The position numbers were made by a program, and so were the translations under genes. DNA of 64,000 bases from Marinobacter sp. (GTDB lineage Bacteria; Pseudomonadota; Gammaproteobacteria; Pseudomonadales; Oleiphilaceae). Position 1 is the first letter of the stretch, and each line of letters starts with the position of its first letter. The notes beneath the pieces are model-generated. The model searched no databases and was not told where the DNA came from. It was given only the letters and a program-made list of their open reading frames with translations. Location: contig NZ_DATFKH010000120.1 of the NCBI RefSeq assembly GCF_035268745.1, positions 21,161-85,160 of the forward strand, written 5' to 3'. Below, in pieces: positions 28,261-38,754 of this stretch.

Positions 28261-29714
28261 TGGGATGCGTCCGCTGCAGACTCTGCCGCAGGTAGAGTCT
28301 GGGTATCTTTCAGCCGTTTCGGACTGACCGTGTAGGCGGGCATGCTGATAGTCACCTTCAGGCCCGGAGACTCCGCACCCTCGAAGTGATCACTCAGCCG
28401 GATGCTGCCCTGGTGTATTTCCGCCACGGCACTGACCAGACTCAGACCCAGCCCGTTACCCGGCATCGAACGGCTCTTGGCCACCCGGTAGAAGCGCTGG
28501 AACACCTGATCTTTCTCGCTGTCGGGAATGCCGATACCACTGTCACCCACCTCAAAAACGGCCTGATCTCCCTCTTTGCGGACTTCCACTGTGATCAGCC
28601 CATGTTCGGGTGTGTATTTAATGGCGTTATCAATCAGGTTGCTGACCATCTGGAACAGTAAATCCCGGTCGCCCTCAATCGACACGGTGCTGTCCACAGA
28701 CTGCTCAAACCGCTGATCCTTGTCCTCGGCGACCGCCTCGTAGAGTTCACAGGCGTCGGTTACCAGTTCTCCCAGTAAAACCGGCTTCATGTCGGCGGTA
28801 TTTCCGCGGGTTTCCAGCCGCGCGATGCGCAACAGGGCATTGAAGGTGGCCAGCAACTGGTCTGCTTCTGATACGGCCCTGGCGGCCTGTTCCCGGGCTT
28901 CGTCGTTATCCACCGACATCAGAGTATTTTCAAGCTGGTTGCGGAGCCGGGTGAGAGGCGTTCTCAGATCGTGAGCAATGCTGTCAGACACATGCCGGAT
29001 ACCCTCCATCAGATACACAATCCGGTCCAGCATCTGGTTCAGGTTTTCCGCCAGCTGGTCAAAATCATCATCGGTTCCGCGGGTAGGAATCCGCAGGGAC
29101 AGGTGGCCGTTCATAATGCGTCGGGAGGTATTATTGATCACCTCGATACGGCGTGTGGTACTGCGACTCATCAGAAAGCCACCCAGCAGGGCGAGGCCGA
29201 GGGTAATTCCCATCCCCCAGTTAATGGCGCCTTCGATAAGCCGTTTGAGATTGGTGAGCTCATCCACATCCCGGCCGACGAGCAGGCGAAGGCCGCCCTG
29301 AACCTCGAAAATTCGTGCCCGGGCCAGCCGTTCAGGGCCTGTCCAGCCTACCGATTCATCCAGCGTAAAGTTGATCCAGCCACTTTCCGAGCGCGATTCC
29401 TCGGGCCAGGTCTGGATATTGCCTGCAAGTTTGAGGAAATCATCGGTGGTGAGCAGGTATATCGATTTCGCATTGGGATCCCGCGCTACCCGTTCCCGGA
29501 TAATGGATATCAGCCCGTTGATGCCGCTGCCCCGGTATTGTTCGGCAAGCCCTGCAATTTCAGCCTCAATGGTTTCGTCAGTCTGGGCGGTCATGAACCC
29601 CGCCGTGCGCCAGTATATAAACGCCAGCAACAGGAATACCGAGGTGGCGAACACCACCATGTAAAGCAGCGCCAGCTGAAACGATGAGGTCCGGAGCTGG
29701 CTAAGCAGTTTCAC
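28233..29714 (-). CDS. Sensor histidine kinase (HAMP-HisKA-HATPase)
   Basis: IAHDLRTPLTRL, NLIDNAIKY, GNGLGLSLV. GTG start at 29714 overlaps the regulator stop. Confidence 0.9.
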   Translation of the reverse strand: MKLLSQLRTSSFQLALLYMVVFATSVFLLLAFIYWRTAGFMTAQTDETIEAEIAGLAEQYRGSGINGLISIIRERVARDPNAKSIYLLTTDDFLKLAGNIQTWPEESRSESGWINFTLDESVGWTGPERLARARIFEVQGGLRLLVGRDVDELTNLKRLIEGAINWGMGITLGLALLGGFLMSRSTTRRIEVINNTSRRIMNGHLSLRIPTRGTDDDFDQLAENLNQMLDRIVYLMEGIRHVSDSIAHDLRTPLTRLRNQLENTLMSVDNDEAREQAARAVSEADQLLATFNALLRIARLETRGNTADMKPVLLGELVTDACELYEAVAEDKDQRFEQSVDSTVSIEGDRDLLFQMVSNLIDNAIKYTPEHGLITVEVRKEGDQAVFEVGDSGIGIPDSEKDQVFQRFYRVAKSRSMPGNGLGLSLVSAVAEIHQGSIRLSDHFEGAESPGLKVTISMPAYTVSPKRLKDTQTLPAAESAADASHQLPDAPRN

Positions 29715-30381
29715 GAAGCATGTACCCGGCGCCGCGAATGGTCTGCAGCAGGGGTGTCTCGAACTCTTTATCGATCTTTGCCCGCAGCCGGCTGATATGA
29801 ACATCAATGACGTTGGTCTGGGGATCGAAATGGTAGTCCCAGACTTTTTCCAGCAACATGGTGCGGGTGACCACCTGCCCGGCGTTGCGCATCAGATATT
29901 CAAGCAGCCGGAACTCACGGGGCTGGACGTCGATGTTATGTCCGGCTCGCCTGACGGTGCGGGCCAGCAGATCCATTTCCAGGTCTGCCACATGCAGAAC
30001 CGTTTCGGTTTCCGAAGACTGGCGGTTGCGACGCACCAGCGACTCGATCCGGGCAAGCAGTTCGGTAAACGAGAATGGCTTGGTCAGGTAATCATCACCA
30101 CCACCGCGCAGGCCCTCCACCCGGTCGTCTACATCACCCAGAGCACTGAGGATCAGCACTGGCACCTGGTTGCCAGTTGCCCTTACGGTTTTGACAATCG
30201 CCAGCCCGTCCATTCCCGGAAGCATCCGGTCGACAATCATGATGTCGTAGTCTTCGCTGGCAGCCATAATCATGCCTTCTTTGCCATCCGCCGCGTGATC
30301 CACAACAAAATCGGATTCTTTCAGACCTTTGACAAGGTAATTTGCGACATCTTGATCGTCTTCAATGACCAGCGCTTTCAC
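29701..30381 (-). CDS. OmpR-family response regulator (CusR/CopR-like)
   Basis: IEDD, DRMLPGMDG, DDYLTKPF, FDPQTNVIDVHISRLR, TIRGAGY. Confidence 0.92.
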   Translation of the reverse strand: MKALVIEDDQDVANYLVKGLKESDFVVDHAADGKEGMIMAASEDYDIMIVDRMLPGMDGLAIVKTVRATGNQVPVLILSALGDVDDRVEGLRGGGDDYLTKPFSFTELLARIESLVRRNRQSSETETVLHVADLEMDLLARTVRRAGHNIDVQPREFRLLEYLMRNAGQVVTRTMLLEKVWDYHFDPQTNVIDVHISRLRAKIDKEFETPLLQTIRGAGYMLRETA

Positions 30382-30541
30382 CAGTAGACCTCCTGATAGC
30401 GGATTTCATTAACAACCTAGAGTACGAGGATGTCGCAACGGCGGCCAGTTACGATCCTGTAAGAGGCTGTCTTCGTTGACAACATTGACAGTCGTCAGAC
30501 CAGATTACCGATCCGTTTGCTTGTGGCCTGATTATACAACC

Positions 30542-30577
30542 AAAAACGCCACCGACCCGACCCGGGTGGTGGCGTTT
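30542..30577 (-). terminator. rpoH terminator
   Basis: Stem AAACGCCACC/GGTGGCGTTT with a U-run on the minus strand. Confidence 0.7.
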
Positions 30578-30604
30578 CCAGATGGTGTCAGGACTCAGGG
30601 CGGG

Positions 30605-31474
30605 TCAGGCCGCTTCGCCTTCCACCATCATCGCGGCCCGAATCTTCTTCATGGCATTCTTCTCAAGCTGGCGAATACGCTCAGCCGAAACCCCGTATCG
30701 GTCCGCCAGTTCATGAAGCGTCGATTTGCTATCGGACAACCAGCGTTCGCGCAGAATATCCTGACTCCGCTCGTCCAGGTGGCCCAGCGCTTCCATCAAA
30801 CGACCATTGGAATCACTGGTCCAGTCTGCCTGCTCAAGCTGCGTGGCCGGATTACTGCGATGATCTTCAAGGAAGTGGGCCGGTGCCTGATACGCGTTAT
30901 CGTCGTCATCGTCCTGCGGGCCATCAAATGCAGTGTCGTGGGAAGCCAGACGGCCTTCCATTTCACGTACGACCCGTGGTTCTACGCCCAGATCACCCGC
31001 CACAGCGTTCAGCTCATCGTGACTGAGCCAGGCCAGCCGCTTTTTCTGGCTGCGCAGATTGAAGAACAGTTTACGCTGGGATTTGGTGGTGGCAACTTTC
31101 ACAATGCGCCAGTTGCGCAGAATGAATTCATGAATTTCAGCCTTGATCCAGTGCACTGCAAAAGAAACCAGCCGGACACCGTATTCCGGGTTAAAGCGCT
31201 TGACCGCCTTCATCAGGCCAACGTTGCCTTCCTGGATCAGATCGGCCTGGTTCAAACCGTAACCGGCATAGCTGCGGGCTATGTGAATCACGAACCGGAG
31301 GTGAGACAGTATCAGCTCCCGTGCCGCGTCAACATCACCCTCATAATGTAACCGCTCTGAAAGTTTGCGCTCTTCCTCGACAGACAGGACCGGAATCCTG
31401 GCCGCAGCCTGAATATAGGATTCAAGGTTAGCGCCCGGGACCAATCTGTCTAGAACCTGTAAGTTCGTACTCAT
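30605..31474 (-). CDS. rpoH: RNA polymerase sigma-32 factor
   Basis: [14 protein letters not shown], RpoH box [19 protein letters not shown]. Start ATG 31474. Confidence 0.97.
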   Translation of the reverse strand: MSTNLQVLDRLVPGANLESYIQAAARIPVLSVEEERKLSERLHYEGDVDAARELILSHLRFVIHIARSYAGYGLNQADLIQEGNVGLMKAVKRFNPEYGVRLVSFAVHWIKAEIHEFILRNWRIVKVATTKSQRKLFFNLRSQKKRLAWLSHDELNAVAGDLGVEPRVVREMEGRLASHDTAFDGPQDDDDDNAYQAPAHFLEDHRSNPATQLEQADWTSDSNGRLMEALGHLDERSQDILRERWLSDSKSTLHELADRYGVSAERIRQLEKNAMKKIRAAMMVEGEAA

Positions 31475-31518
31475 ATTTCCCCTCCGGCATAACGACCGGT
31501 CAGTATAGCAATTAAAAC

Positions 31519-31545
31519 TTTGACCACCAAACCCTGGTAAAGTTC
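31519..31545 (-). promoter_or_regulatory. Sigma-E/AlgU promoter of rpoH
   Basis: Minus strand GAACTT-N16-TCAAA, 45 nt upstream of the rpoH start. Confidence 0.8.
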
Positions 31546-31666
31546 CCTGAAACCACGCTAAACGTTTACAACTCAGACCTTTGCGGTATTCAATCATCTC
31601 GCTCTATCAATTTAACCTACGCCTGACTTCCGAGGTCTGACCATACGGTATTACCGAAAGCCGGGA

Positions 31667-32692
31667 TCACCCGCCAGCAATTTCGCCAGGGTCGATATCA
31701 TCAAGGTGGCGCTTCACCGCAACCCAGGCGCCCAGCCACCCCAGCAGCATCGCTGCGATGATCAACGCCAGAGTTGCGCCGGGAGACAGACCACTGAGGG
31801 TAAAATCGCTGCGGTAGAGCCCCGCAAGGCGCTCCACCGGCCCACTCAGCCACCACAGCGATGCTTGCAGCAGCACCCAGGCCACCAGGCCACCGCCGAG
31901 TCCGAACCAGGCACCCGTATAGAGAAAAGGTCGACGGACGAACGCATCCGTGCCACCCACCAGTTTGGCCACCAGGATTTCCTCACGCCGGTTCTCGATC
32001 GACAGCCGCACCGTGTTACCGATCACCAGAACCACCGCGGCCGACAACAGGATAGCCAGAGCCCAGGCTGCCCGACTCAGCAGCTGGGTCATGGCGTTGA
32101 GTCGCTGCAGCCAGCCCAGATCCACCTGCACCTGGTCAACACCGTCCATCCTTTCAATCAGGGCCACCAGGGTCTGGACACCGTTCGCCGTACGCGAACT
32201 TTGGCCGGGAGTTACCAGCAGGGTATGGGGCAGTGGATTATCATCGAGATAATCCAGCTCATCCTGCAGACCCGAAGAGGAGCGGAATTCATCCAGCGCG
32301 GTATCGCGGTCGATCAGCTCAACCTCGGCCACCCGGCTATCACTGTCCAGGTTCTGCTGGAGGATTTCAGCCTGCTCCAGCGTTACCCCCTCCGCCAGGT
32401 AAGCGGTTATCCGTGCCGAACTTTCCCAGCCGGAACTGACCCCCTGAAGACTGGCCAGCAGCAGCATCAGCGCCACCGGCAGTGCCAGCGCCACGCCCAT
32501 CACTGTCCATGTCATCAGGGTGGCAAAGGGAGCCTGCCAGAGCCGGTGGGCACTGTCGCGCGCCACCTTGCGATGGTGACTGAAATAGCTGCTGGCCTGC
32601 TGTCTCAGCGCCGATCGGGTGGTTCTGGCACCCCTGCTCCTGGCGTCTCTGGCCCGCGGCGGCTCTTTCCGGCGATTCGGAGACTCAGTCAT
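31667..32692 (-). CDS. ftsX: Cell division permease FtsX
   Basis: NPLPHTL, IGNTVRLSIENRREEI.V.KLVGGT..FVRRPFLY. ATG overlaps the ftsE stop. Confidence 0.93.
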   Translation of the reverse strand: MTESPNRRKEPPRARDARSRGARTTRSALRQQASSYFSHHRKVARDSAHRLWQAPFATLMTWTVMGVALALPVALMLLLASLQGVSSGWESSARITAYLAEGVTLEQAEILQQNLDSDSRVAEVELIDRDTALDEFRSSSGLQDELDYLDDNPLPHTLLVTPGQSSRTANGVQTLVALIERMDGVDQVQVDLGWLQRLNAMTQLLSRAAWALAILLSAAVVLVIGNTVRLSIENRREEILVAKLVGGTDAFVRRPFLYTGAWFGLGGGLVAWVLLQASLWWLSGPVERLAGLYRSDFTLSGLSPGATLALIIAAMLLGWLGAWVAVKRHLDDIDPGEIAGG

Positions 32693-33359
32693 GGCCGCCC
32701 CCACCGCTGGATACCAGCCGGCCCTGATCAAGCATCAGGGTTCTGCGGCCAAGATTGTTGATCAGGGCGATATCATGGGAGGCAATCAGAACCGTTACGC
32801 CCACCTGACTGAATTCGGCAAACAGGCCCATGATGTCGGCAGACAACTGGGGGTCCAGATTACCGGTGGGCTCATCCGCCAGCAGAACCGGAGGTTTGTT
32901 CACGACGGCACGGGCGATGCCAACCCGCTGTTGCTCCCCCCCCGATAACTGCAACGGGTTCATTTTCTCTTTGCTCAGCAATCCCACCTTGTCCAGCGCG
33001 GCCCGCACCCGGCGGCCAATGTCCCGGGCAGGTACGCCCATGACCTCAAGCGGCATGGCGACGTTGTCAAAAACGCTGCGGTCGAACAGTAACTGATGGT
33101 TCTGGAATACCACGCCGATGTGGCGCCGGATATAAGGCACCTGACGACGCGGGAGACGGTTAAGGACCTGGCCGCCAACGACCACCTCGCCCGCGCTGGG
33201 TCTCTCCATCACCATGATCAGTTTGAGCAGGGTGCTCTTGCCGGCACCGGAGTGACCGGTCAGAAACGCGAGCTCACCCCGTTCCAGGCCGAAATTGACC
33301 TGCCTCAGCGCTGTATGGTCACTGTCATAGCGCTTGGTGACCTGCCGGAATTCGATCAT
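32685..33359 (-). CDS. ftsE: Cell division ATP-binding protein FtsE
   Basis: [27 protein letters not shown]. Lies between ftsY and ftsX. Confidence 0.96.
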   Translation of the reverse strand: MIEFRQVTKRYDSDHTALRQVNFGLERGELAFLTGHSGAGKSTLLKLIMVMERPSAGEVVVGGQVLNRLPRRQVPYIRRHIGVVFQNHQLLFDRSVFDNVAMPLEVMGVPARDIGRRVRAALDKVGLLSKEKMNPLQLSGGEQQRVGIARAVVNKPPVLLADEPTGNLDPQLSADIMGLFAEFSQVGVTVLIASHDIALINNLGRRTLMLDQGRLVSSGGGGHD

Positions 33360-33365
33360 TGCGGC

Positions 33366-34517
33366 TCAGGCCTCAGGGGTTTCATCAAACAGCGCGTCAA
33401 CAAAGGTTCGCGCGTCAAAACTGCGAAGGTCATCCATCTGCTCACCGACACCGATATAGCGGATGGGCAACTGCAACTGCCGGGCGATGGCGAAGACAAT
33501 ACCGCCCTTGGCGGTGCCATCAAGCTTGGTCAGGGTGATGCCGGTGACGCCAACCGCCTGCTGGAACACCCGGGCCTGACTCAGGGCATTCTGGCCTGTG
33601 CCTGCGTCCAGCACCAGCATGACTTCGTGCGGCGCTGTGGCATCGAGTTTCTTCATTACCCGGACCACCTTTTCCAGCTCAGTCATGAGGTTGTCCTTGT
33701 TCTGCAACCTGCCGGCGGTGTCAGCAATCACCACATCGACACCACGGGACTGGGCCGACTGAACCGCGTCAAAGATCACCGATGCACTGTCGGCCCCGGT
33801 GTGCTGCGCGATAACCGGCACCTTGTTACGCTCACCCCAGACCTGCAGCTGTTCCACGGCAGCGGCGCGGAAGGTGTCGCCTGCTGCCAGCATGACTGAC
33901 TTGCCATCCTGCTGGAACAGTTTGGTGAGCTTGCCAATAGTGGTGGTTTTGCCGACACCGTTTACACCGACCATCAGCATCACGTAGGGCTTTTTACCAA
34001 TGTTGAGATCCAGAGGGTGGCTCACCTCTGCCAGCAGCTGATGCAGCTGATCCCGCAGTGCCGTGCGCAGGGCATCGCCATCCTTGAGCTGGTTGCGCTG
34101 CATTTTGTCAGTAAGGGATTCAATGATTTCAGTGGTGGCGGTTACGCCCACGTCCGCCATTAACAGCGTGGTTTCAATCTCTTCCAGAAGATCGGCGTCG
34201 ATTTTTTTGCCCCGGGAAAAAAGATCGGAAAAGCCACCCGTAAGATTCGCCCGGGTTTTGCCCAGTCCTCTGCGGACCCGTTCGAATACACTGACCGCCG
34301 GCGCTTCTGGTTCAGGTTCAGGCTCAGGCACCGCTGCCTCGGGCTCTGCCGGTTCAGGCCCGGTCTGCGGCGTTGCCTCGGGCTTTGGTTCCGGCTTTTT
34401 CCGGGGCACGGCTTTCGGGCGCGGGGACGGCGGCCGGTTGCCAACCACGTCCAGCACAAACACGAGAACAAGAAGGGCCAAAAGCCCGATGGAAATCCAG
34501 TCTGCCGTCATAGTCAT
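33366..34517 (-). CDS. ftsY: Signal recognition particle receptor FtsY
   Basis: GVNGVGKTTTIGKL, DTFRAAA, DTAGRL, TKLDGTAKGG. Confidence 0.97.
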   Translation of the reverse strand: MTMTADWISIGLLALLVLVFVLDVVGNRPPSPRPKAVPRKKPEPKPEATPQTGPEPAEPEAAVPEPEPEPEAPAVSVFERVRRGLGKTRANLTGGFSDLFSRGKKIDADLLEEIETTLLMADVGVTATTEIIESLTDKMQRNQLKDGDALRTALRDQLHQLLAEVSHPLDLNIGKKPYVMLMVGVNGVGKTTTIGKLTKLFQQDGKSVMLAAGDTFRAAAVEQLQVWGERNKVPVIAQHTGADSASVIFDAVQSAQSRGVDVVIADTAGRLQNKDNLMTELEKVVRVMKKLDATAPHEVMLVLDAGTGQNALSQARVFQQAVGVTGITLTKLDGTAKGGIVFAIARQLQLPIRYIGVGEQMDDLRSFDARTFVDALFDETPEA

Positions 34518-34666
34518 ACCATTGATCTTGAAATTCGCGGGGTAGCGGAAAGGCGCTATTCTAGCAGACTGTCCGGTGGAAGTGACGGGTCATCGGAAGC
34601 GCCGTAACATGTGGCACCGATACCCGGCTTTTCCAACGGATTCCTTTTGCGCAGGCGCACACAAGC

Positions 34667-35281
34667 ATGGCACCAAAACGCACAAACCGACCCTCCGCGG
34701 GCGGCGAGCTGAGCATTATCGGCGGCGACTGGCGCAGCCGGAAACTCCGCTTTCCCGATGCCGGCGGCGTCCGCCCGACCCCCGCCCGCACCCGCGAAAC
34801 TCTCTTTAACTGGCTCGCCGGTGCAATCCCGGGCAGTCACTGCCTGGACCTGTTCAGCGGCTCCGGCGCCCTGGGCCTCGAGGCTCTGTCCCGGGGGGCG
34901 GCGTCGGTAACACTGGTGGAGCAAAACCGGGCGTTGGCGGAGGCCCTGGGCCACAATCTGGCATTGCTGAAATCGCGGGACGGGCAGGTGATCTGCCAGA
35001 GTGTGGAGCAGTTTCTGGCCCGTTCCCCGAGCCGGCCCTTTGACATCATTTTCATGGACCCACCTTTCCGGCAGGGCTGGCCTGAACACCTGTTGCCAGT
35101 GCTGGAGCGCTGTGGCTGGGTTACCGCAGGGGGCTGGGTCTACGCCGAATACGAGAGCGAAAAGGCCAGCCTGTCGCCCCCTCCCGGCTGGCAACTACAC
35201 CGCGAGAAAGCTGCCGGCCAGGTCAGGTACTGTCTGTTCCGGGCAGGTACAAAAACCCCGTCGGAGCAGGGTTATCAGTAA
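34667..35281 (+). CDS. rsmD: 16S rRNA m2G966 methyltransferase
   Basis: IIGGDWRSRKL, RPT..R.RETLFNW, DLFSGSGALGLEALSRG, DPPF. Confidence 0.94.
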   Translation: MAPKRTNRPSAGGELSIIGGDWRSRKLRFPDAGGVRPTPARTRETLFNWLAGAIPGSHCLDLFSGSGALGLEALSRGAASVTLVEQNRALAEALGHNLALLKSRDGQVICQSVEQFLARSPSRPFDIIFMDPPFRQGWPEHLLPVLERCGWVTAGGWVYAEYESEKASLSPPPGWQLHREKAAGQVRYCLFRAGTKTPSEQGYQ

Positions 35282-35282
35282 T

Positions 35283-36461
35283 TCAGGCTGAGGGCCGAAG
35301 CGAGTAGGCGCGCAGGTGCTTGGCAAAATCCTCGAGATAGCGGATACCGCTGGCTTCGGCGTCGCGACACCACTGCATCAATGCCTGGAGTTTATCCTGC
35401 GGTTTCAGGCCCCGGCGGCGCCAAAGCGCCTGCAGTTCGGTGCTCATCTGATAGATCTTGCGTAAGGCCTGGTTACTCTCCAGTGCCGTCTCGAGATGTT
35501 CCTTGTCAGCGGGCTTGATCAGGGTGATTTCTCGTGACAGCAAATGCTTGATCTTGCTGTACCGGGGCAGGATCTCGGCGTCCATCAGCGCTTTCTGCTG
35601 ACGCAGCACCGGCTCCATTACCCGCTTGCGATACTGACGCATGATATCGAAACGGTTGTTGGCGATGGCCTGAACGGTTTCGACATCGACCTCCATTTTG
35701 CCCGGCACACAGTGGGCAATCGGACGATAGCCCTTGGGGGTGGCCAGCCCGAACAACTGAAACAGGCGGATGTAACCCCAGCCGATATCCACTTCATACC
35801 AGCGGCGGGACAATTTGGAGGAGTTCGGATAGGTGTGGTGGTTGTTATGCAGCTCTTCACCACCAATCAAAATTCCCAGTGGCCAGATATTCCGCGCATT
35901 GTCGGCGCACTCAAAGTTGCGGTAGCCCATGAAGTGGCCGATACCATTGACCACACCCGCCGCCCAGACCGGAATCCAGATCATCTGCACAGCCCAGATC
36001 CAGATACCATTGACACCGAACAGCACCAGGTCAATTGCCGCCATCAGCCAGATTCCCAGCATCTGGTAGCGGCTGTACACGTTGCGCTCGACCCAGTCCT
36101 CGGGAGTGCGCTGACCGTAACGCTGCAGGGTTTCTTCGGTGCCGGCCTGTTCATAAAGCTCGGCACCCTGCAACAGCACCTTGCGGATACCCAGAACCAC
36201 GGGACTGTGAGGGTCTTCCTCGGTTTCACACTTGGCGTGATGCTTGCGGTGGATTGCCGTCCACTGCTTGGTGTTGGTGGCCGTTGTCAGCCAGATCCAG
36301 AACCGGAAAAAATGCGCCAGAACCGGGTGCAGATCCAGGGAATTATGAGCAGAATGGCGATGCAGGTAGAGCGTAACACTGACGATGGTAATGTGCGTCA
36401 GCACCAGCATGACCAGAATCAGCTGCATCACCGAAAGGTCCAGAAGACCGTTGTACCACAT
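35283..36461 (-). CDS. desA: DesA-type fatty acid desaturase
   Basis: His boxes HRHSAH, HRKHH and HNNHH. C-terminal extension typical of DesA. Confidence 0.9.
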   Translation of the reverse strand: MWYNGLLDLSVMQLILVMLVLTHITIVSVTLYLHRHSAHNSLDLHPVLAHFFRFWIWLTTATNTKQWTAIHRKHHAKCETEEDPHSPVVLGIRKVLLQGAELYEQAGTEETLQRYGQRTPEDWVERNVYSRYQMLGIWLMAAIDLVLFGVNGIWIWAVQMIWIPVWAAGVVNGIGHFMGYRNFECADNARNIWPLGILIGGEELHNNHHTYPNSSKLSRRWYEVDIGWGYIRLFQLFGLATPKGYRPIAHCVPGKMEVDVETVQAIANNRFDIMRQYRKRVMEPVLRQQKALMDAEILPRYSKIKHLLSREITLIKPADKEHLETALESNQALRKIYQMSTELQALWRRRGLKPQDKLQALMQWCRDAEASGIRYLEDFAKHLRAYSLRPSA

Positions 36462-36541
36462 GTAAATTCCCTCTGCTTACAATCGCCGGGTTGGAAGGTA
36501 TTCCCTCAGGTCACCAGGGCAGGCCATACTCCAACCACTTT

Positions 36542-36559
36542 AGCGTACAGTTGTTCACT
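36542..36559. promoter_or_regulatory. FabR/DesT-type operator upstream of desA
   Basis: AGCGTACA-gt-TGTTCACT, an 18-bp imperfect palindrome matching the FabR/DesT consensus. Confidence 0.7.
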
Positions 36560-36637
36560 ATAACAACAGCGTCAGGGGACGGTTTTTTTGGCTGCTTACC
36601 CAAACCTGTGTTCATTGATAGCGTTGGAGCCAATGCC

Positions 36638-37462
36638 TTGCCCGAGTTACCAGAAGTAGAAACCACCCGCCGTGGCATCGCCCCTTTCTGCGAGGGCCAG
36701 ACCATTACCGGCATTGCTGTGCGGGATGGCCGGTTGCGCTGGCCGGTGCCGGATAACCTCCCGGAGCTGCTGGAGGGTGGCATCATCACAGAGGTGGACC
36801 GGCGCGCAAAATACCTTTTGATCCGGGTCTCCGGTACGGCGGTCAGCGGCACCCTGATCGTGCACCTGGGGATGTCCGGGAGCCTGCGGGTCATCACTGA
36901 CACCAGCGAACCCTTGCGCCACGATCATATCGAACTGACATTGCTGTCCGGCGTCAAACTCCGCTTTAACGATCCGCGGCGGTTTGGCTGCTGGCTGTGG
37001 TCAGAAACACCCGACTCCCACCGGCTCCTGGCCAGCCTGGGCCCCGAGCCACTGGCACCGGAGTTCAACGGTCCGCTGCTTTACCGCCAGTCCCGCGGCA
37101 AGCAGACACCGGTCAAGTCTTTCATTATGGACAACCACATTGTGGTCGGGGTGGGCAACATTTACGCCAATGAAGCTCTCTTCAAGGCCGGGATACACCC
37201 AAAGCGCGCGGCCGGTCGAATCAGTCTGAGCCGCTATCACCGGCTGGCGACTGAAATCCGGGAAACGCTTTCAATGGCCATTCTGATGGGTGGCACTACG
37301 CTCAGGGATTTCGTAAACAGTGACGGCAAGCCCGGTTATTTTGCCCAGTCCCTGCTAGTTTATGGACATGGCGGAGAGGCCTGCCAGGAATGCGGCATGA
37401 CCCTGAAAGAGATCCGGATGAACCAGCGGACCACCGTTTACTGCGGTCAGTGTCAGCGCTAA
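36638..37462 (+). CDS. mutM: Formamidopyrimidine-DNA glycosylase
   Basis: (M)PELPEVET at TTG 36638, [16 protein letters not shown]-terminal Zn finger. Confidence 0.96.
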   Translation: MPELPEVETTRRGIAPFCEGQTITGIAVRDGRLRWPVPDNLPELLEGGIITEVDRRAKYLLIRVSGTAVSGTLIVHLGMSGSLRVITDTSEPLRHDHIELTLLSGVKLRFNDPRRFGCWLWSETPDSHRLLASLGPEPLAPEFNGPLLYRQSRGKQTPVKSFIMDNHIVVGVGNIYANEALFKAGIHPKRAAGRISLSRYHRLATEIRETLSMAILMGGTTLRDFVNSDGKPGYFAQSLLVYGHGGEACQECGMTLKEIRMNQRTTVYCGQCQR

Positions 37463-37610
37463 TTTCCTGCCGGGCAGATCAGCCAGACCTGACACCGGAC
37501 AAATAATGCAACAGAAAAATCGTTTGAAAATACGTAAATATGATTCATAGTTGACACAATGGCTGTTGTGCTGTTGTCACTCCGGCCAACATGTTCAGGA
37601 GAAACTAGCA

Positions 37611-37946
37611 ATGAACGGTAAGATTTCCCACATCGTAATTACAGCCCTGGCGGTCTGCCTGCTGAGCTTTTCCTCGGCCGGGCATGCTCAGGCCATCGAC
37701 GAAAAGCCTACCGCGCTTGCCATGACAGGGGACGCCCTGTTTGCCCGCCCGCTTCTGCTGGCAACCACTGTGGTTGGCAGCGTGGTTTATGTTGTGTCAC
37801 TGCCGTTTTCGCTGCTTGGTGGTAATGCCGCGGAAGCAGGTGAAACCCTGGTGCTGGGTCCGGCAAAAGCCACGTTCGTTCGCTGTCTGGGCTGCACCCG
37901 CGTTGGTCGGAAACAGGAAACAGTTGAGCAGTATTCCGACAACTGA
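37611..37946 (+). CDS. Small conserved exported/membrane hypothetical protein
   Basis: AGGAG RBS, signal peptide, hydrophobic hairpin, RCLGC near the C-terminus. Confidence 0.7.
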   Translation: MNGKISHIVITALAVCLLSFSSAGHAQAIDEKPTALAMTGDALFARPLLLATTVVGSVVYVVSLPFSLLGGNAAEAGETLVLGPAKATFVRCLGCTRVGRKQETVEQYSDN

Positions 37947-38017
37947 TCCGCAAGTTTTCCGGTTGCCATCCGGCCTGTTCTGCGGCAGCCTGACGGTTCA
38001 TTCGCTTCAGGCTGCCC

Positions 38018-38713
38018 GTGTTTATGGTGAACTGGCACTCGCTTCAAACGGTGTTCCTCGATATGGACGGAACCCTGCTGGACCTGCATTTCGATAATCA
38101 TTTCTGGCTCGAACACCTGCCCCGGCGATACGCCGAACATAATAACCTGAGCCCCCAGCAGGCCCGCGAATTCATTATTCCGATGATCATGTCAGAGCGC
38201 GGCTCGCTCAACTGGTACTGCACCGATTACTGGAGCAACCGGCTGTCACTGGATATTACCGGTCTGAAAGCTGAAATTGGCGAACGCATCGGCTATCGGC
38301 CCCATGTCACCGGATTTCTCGACGCCCTGCGCAATTCCGGCCTGCGCTCGGTCATTGTTACCAACTGCCACCCCGACCCGTTGCATCTGAAGCTGGAACG
38401 TACCGGTCTGGCCCAACGCGTTGATGGCATCATCTCCAGCCATGAACTCGGCAAACCCAAAGAAGATCCCACCTTCTGGCGCGATCTGGCCGAATTCGAG
38501 CCTTACCGGCCAAATGCCACCCTGATGGTGGACGACAGCTTCCCGGTGCTGGAAAGTGCCCGCCGTGCCGGTATTGGCCAGTGCCTGGCCATACTGGCTC
38601 CGGACAGCCAGCAGCCCGCGAATCAGCAACATCCGGAGATTCCCTGCATTCATCATTTTGATGAAATCACACCGGCACTGATGCAACGCACCCCTCTGCC
38701 ATCAGGAGCCTGA
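38018..38713 (+). CDS. yrfG: GMP/IMP nucleotidase (HAD)
   Basis: LDMDGTLLDLHFDNHFW. Precedes hslR-hslO. Confidence 0.9.
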   Translation: MFMVNWHSLQTVFLDMDGTLLDLHFDNHFWLEHLPRRYAEHNNLSPQQAREFIIPMIMSERGSLNWYCTDYWSNRLSLDITGLKAEIGERIGYRPHVTGFLDALRNSGLRSVIVTNCHPDPLHLKLERTGLAQRVDGIISSHELGKPKEDPTFWRDLAEFEPYRPNATLMVDDSFPVLESARRAGIGQCLAILAPDSQQPANQQHPEIPCIHHFDEITPALMQRTPLPSGA

Positions 38714-38754
38714 GACCGTTATACTGTGATCAGACCTTCATCAGGTGAGGAGAA

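Noticed and set aside
36000-36461. desA region as an IS remnant
   Set aside because: The ORF is an intact desaturase with three His boxes and no terminal inverted repeats.
38646-38663. ATTCATCATTT resembling the box core
   Set aside because: Inside yrfG coding sequence (IHHF) with no flanking phased hexamers.
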